Below are positions 34,163 through 37,134 of a stretch of 37,134 nt of DNA, piece after piece. The translations under genes were made by a program, and so were the position numbers. This stretch comes from a virus (taxonomy: Duplodnaviria; Caudoviricetes), in IMG/VR virus record IMGVR_UViG_3300008007_000037, positions 1 through 37,134 of that record; one strand, given 5' to 3'. The notes under the pieces are model-generated. The model saw only the letters and a list, made by a program, of their open reading frames with translations, was not told the origin of the DNA and made no database searches. Every line of letters starts with the position of its first letter. Position 1 is the stretch's first letter.

Positions 34163-35194
34163 TTAAAATCCTATGGTTTTACCGGTTTGATTTGCGAGAT
34201 CGTTGCGTGTCCAGGTGCTTGCATCATCAGCAGTGTAGTTTGTGAATGATGATGCATTAGCATTCAGGTATTTTTTGGCTTCATTGAGCCATTCATCTGC
34301 AGCAGATTGATGAAATGCGGCTTTAGCACTTACGTCTGCTCTGTCAGCTTGATACTTTTTGTCGATATGATCACCAGCCGTTTCAATTTGAATGATCGCC
34401 TGCGCATCAATTTTAACCAAATGAGATTTCATCAACCGCACTATTGATGCGTTGGCAATGTGTCGCTTTAAATAACCATTGAGCGTTACAAACTTTGGAC
34501 TTGGTTCTGCCTTAGCCAATTCAGCTTTTATTTCAGCGATAAGCGCAGCACTCAAATAGTTTGTGAGCGTGATCCCCTCAATATATTCCATTTCGGTGCG
34601 CAAAAGCTTGAACGTTCTGCGGCTGTCATTGATATTGACCAGCTCGCTAAACTCACTAGCTGTTTTTATGAATAGCGAATGGTATTCAGTGTATGCTTTG
34701 CTATTTTCCCATTCAGGAAAAGCATCAATATTTAGTTCTAAATACGCATACAAGTTGTCAAGCAGCTCCAATGCTTGCTCCAAATAAGTTTGCGACAGCT
34801 CTTGGCGCTCAAAGTAAGTAAGCGGCTGCGTGCCTTCGATGGCTTTTGTGTGGATGTTGGTATTGCTTACAGCCGCAAATGCACGGTTTATGTAAAGTGA
34901 ATACGCAAAATAAGCCAGTGCTTGCTGCGATAAGTACTTTGCATCTTCGTAATATACTTCACTGTAAAGCGAAAAAGAAGACGCAGAGCTGCTTAAGCTT
35001 GATTCATCATCTTGGTCATAAGCTTCGCATAGTTTGGTTAGCAGCGGTAAGCTCAGTGAGTTTTTCAGCCATTTATCTTGAGCCCGTTGTATATCGCTTT
35101 TAATGCTGTCATATTCTAAGCCACTCTGCAGGTTGCTTATGTGATCTTCTAGCTGGCTTTTATCTTCAATCAACAATTTCTTAAGTATCGCCAT
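34163..35194 (-). CDS. Putative head-tail adaptor (DUF6712-like)
   Basis: Directly after portal; helical two-repeat organisation. Confidence 0.55.
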   Translation of the reverse strand: MAILKKLLIEDKSQLEDHISNLQSGLEYDSIKSDIQRAQDKWLKNSLSLPLLTKLCEAYDQDDESSLSSSASSFSLYSEVYYEDAKYLSQQALAYFAYSLYINRAFAAVSNTNIHTKAIEGTQPLTYFERQELSQTYLEQALELLDNLYAYLELNIDAFPEWENSKAYTEYHSLFIKTASEFSELVNINDSRRTFKLLRTEMEYIEGITLTNYLSAALIAEIKAELAKAEPSPKFVTLNGYLKRHIANASIVRLMKSHLVKIDAQAIIQIETAGDHIDKKYQADRADVSAKAAFHQSAADEWLNEAKKYLNANASSFTNYTADDASTWTRNDLANQTGKTIGF

Positions 35195-35196
35195 GG

Positions 35197-36636
35197 TTAC
35201 ATCATAGTTTGCTGACCAGTAGGGTTGCGGTCAAGTGTGGTTAATTGAACTTGTGGGAAACCAAATTGTATTTCAGGATCATAGCCATTGTAATCTCTCA
35301 CAAATTCTAAGTCCTCAACAATCATATCATGGCTAAATTGGTGGCTATTTGAGTCAACCGTTTGCGCTTCTCTGATATCGCTACCGCTTCCAGCTCCCAT
35401 TTGGGTGCCAACTGCACCATGGCCAATCTTAGCCGGGTTTACACCAATAGCTTTTAAAATTACATTGTTGGCGCTATCTAAATCAGCTATGTATAGGCTT
35501 GAACCATTGAAGTTATTGCTGATTTCTTCGATCTTAATGTATCGAATAAGCTCACCATTTTGACCCGCAATTGCAGGAATCATAATGCTTTTGGCTGCAT
35601 TTTCGGCACCAGCAAGCACTTCATCTATCGTTTCAAGAAATGATTCGCGCTTTTTTTGCTTATCTTCTGGCTTCATCGAGCCCCATTCATCACCATACTT
35701 GGTTTGAAAATATTCCTCAGCTACGATGATGGCATACTTCACCGTCATCTGGTTATCCATTATTGCGTTCTTATACTTCGCAATATTGTTTGGCTGATCA
35801 ATAGCCTTAGTTCTGATGATGGCATGCCAGTCTGCATCTTGGTAAGTATCTCTACCCAATGAATCAATGACACTAACTACAGCAAACTTTTGAAGCTTAT
35901 TATCAGCTACCCATTTCTTTGCCATATCAACATCGCCCAAATAATCTTCTGGCAATACTGGTATAGCTTCTGCATTTTTATCATCACCATAATACTTAAG
36001 CGCTGGTGTATTTTGGCCCTTTCGGTATTCTGATGAATAAACTAACCATTTCGCACCAGTAGAATCATATCCAAAACGGCAGCAGTCCAAATCTTTAGCG
36101 CTGATAGTTGCAATTTTCGCTTTACTATCAACCACCATTTCAGTAACACGCATATCAAAATAGGCAATGTTTCTTATGGTTTTCTTAAGAAAACGCTTAT
36201 AGTTATTGCGTTTAAGAAACTCATGAATCAGCTTATAGCTTGGCTCAGTTGGGTTTAAGAAATTGAACCCACGCTTTTGATCAGCATAATCTAATGTGTA
36301 AAGCATCAAGCCTTTGCCATACATATCTTCCATGCGCACCTTTAGTGCTCTCTTAGCAAGTGATGCAGTAGATAACTTTTCAAGCACTACTTGTGGCCAA
36401 TTATTCTGAGTGGTCCACGCTGACATTTTCAATTTTAATGCAGGCGCTTTTTTTTCGCTAAGCTTAACAGATTCAGTGTAATCTCTTGGCTGCACATAAG
36501 TATTGGGCGTGCTATCCGTTTCTGCTTCCATCTTTACCACTGTTCTTGATTTTTCAAGGTGGTAGATGTTAGCATCTATATGAGTGATAATATGCGGTGG
36601 CACTGGATCACGTCTGTTTGTTGTCTTCTTTGCCAT
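35197..36636 (-). CDS. Portal protein
   Basis: 479 aa; LAGAENAAKSI, AIGVNPAKIG, GSGSDIREA motifs typical of this portal type. Confidence 0.8.
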   Translation of the reverse strand: MAKKTTNRRDPVPPHIITHIDANIYHLEKSRTVVKMEAETDSTPNTYVQPRDYTESVKLSEKKAPALKLKMSAWTTQNNWPQVVLEKLSTASLAKRALKVRMEDMYGKGLMLYTLDYADQKRGFNFLNPTEPSYKLIHEFLKRNNYKRFLKKTIRNIAYFDMRVTEMVVDSKAKIATISAKDLDCCRFGYDSTGAKWLVYSSEYRKGQNTPALKYYGDDKNAEAIPVLPEDYLGDVDMAKKWVADNKLQKFAVVSVIDSLGRDTYQDADWHAIIRTKAIDQPNNIAKYKNAIMDNQMTVKYAIIVAEEYFQTKYGDEWGSMKPEDKQKKRESFLETIDEVLAGAENAAKSIMIPAIAGQNGELIRYIKIEEISNNFNGSSLYIADLDSANNVILKAIGVNPAKIGHGAVGTQMGAGSGSDIREAQTVDSNSHQFSHDMIVEDLEFVRDYNGYDPEIQFGFPQVQLTTLDRNPTGQQTMM

Positions 36637-36980
36637 CAGTGTATAATATCGTATTCAACACCCTCAAATGAAAAGTGAGTAATCAGCCATATATTGATCT
36701 TTTTCAAATCGTTATGTGTTGCCATTTTGATATTGCGCGTAGCATTTTCAAAGTGGTTTGGCTTCCGCTTCACTTTTTCTTTTTCAAGCGTTAGTTTCTG
36801 TGATTTAGATGTTGGTAGTAATTCGTAAGGCAGTGTGCAATTATCATAAGCATATGTTGCCCCACCTCTACGCATGCGTCTATTAAACTTTACGCCTTTG
36901 ATTCCAAATGAAACACGTGATTTATCACGGTTTACACCTTCCATCAATCTCAAGCAGTCAATCAATCGCATCGTTTGCAT
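36636..36980 (-). CDS. Basic hypothetical protein preceding portal
   Basis: PNHFENATRNIK motif; first gene after late promoter 5. Confidence 0.7.
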   Translation of the reverse strand: MQTMRLIDCLRLMEGVNRDKSRVSFGIKGVKFNRRMRRGGATYAYDNCTLPYELLPTSKSQKLTLEKEKVKRKPNHFENATRNIKMATHNDLKKINIWLITHFSFEGVEYDIIH

Positions 36981-36984
36981 GATT

Positions 36985-37020
36985 CAAATTTCATTACACC
37001 ATCTCAGCTATGAAAGGACA
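36985..37020 (-). promoter_or_regulatory. Putative late promoter 5
   Basis: TGTCCTTTCAT...GAAATTTG, 4 nt before ATG 36980. Confidence 0.82.
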
Positions 37021-37134
37021 CCATAAAAACGGTGTTTATACATCCAAAACGACACTTAAAACACTGTATATCAGTATCAATCAAAGTTTTAACTAAAATT
37101 TTGAGCGCGGCCAAATATTTTGACCGAAAACAAA

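Larger units (their letters stand above)
1..37134 (-). mobile_element. Tailed phage/prophage genome (siphovirus-like, probable Bacteroidota host), apparently near complete
   Basis: Terminase, portal, protease, capsid, tape measure, endolysin, holin, replication and Cro-like genes all present; no host housekeeping genes seen; Bacteroidota-type TAnnTTTG promoter boxes. Confidence 0.93.

Noticed and set aside
823-35862. Numerous short antisense or overlapping ORFs inside structural genes
   Set aside because: Fully overlapped by long, motif-bearing minus-strand genes, with no independent signals.
1-37134. tRNA, rRNA or Mu-type transposase genes
   Set aside because: None recognisable by eye; intergenic spaces are short and explained by other elements.

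Overview
The window looks like a near-complete ~37 kb tailed (siphovirus-like) phage or prophage genome of a Bacteroidota host, inferred from TAnnTTTG promoters, A-rich translation starts and the gene families. It appears linearised between terL and the portal operon. Almost all genes are on the minus strand. Modules are packaging (terL/terS), a late glycosylation pair (Stealth-like plus GT-A), head (S49 protease, MCP, tail-tube candidate), baseplate/receptor-binding genes, replication (DUF3987-like ATPase plus iteron cluster), a Cro/broken-CI switch, tail (TMP), lysis (GH108 plus holin) and portal. The outstanding feature is an integron-like system at about 12.2-17.9 kb: a short tyrosine recombinase, an attI-like site and about 10 attC-like hairpins delimiting cassettes. 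All cassette ORFs are inverted relative to the attC polarity. Some cassettes are empty, and three genes sit inside attC loops. Three inserts are bracketed by a second hairpin/nonamer (CCMMCGCNC) signature that suggests a separate gene-capture mechanism. Five late operons share an exactly spaced promoter motif, TGTCC-N27-TTYG. All functional calls are from motif recognition by eye; no searches were run.
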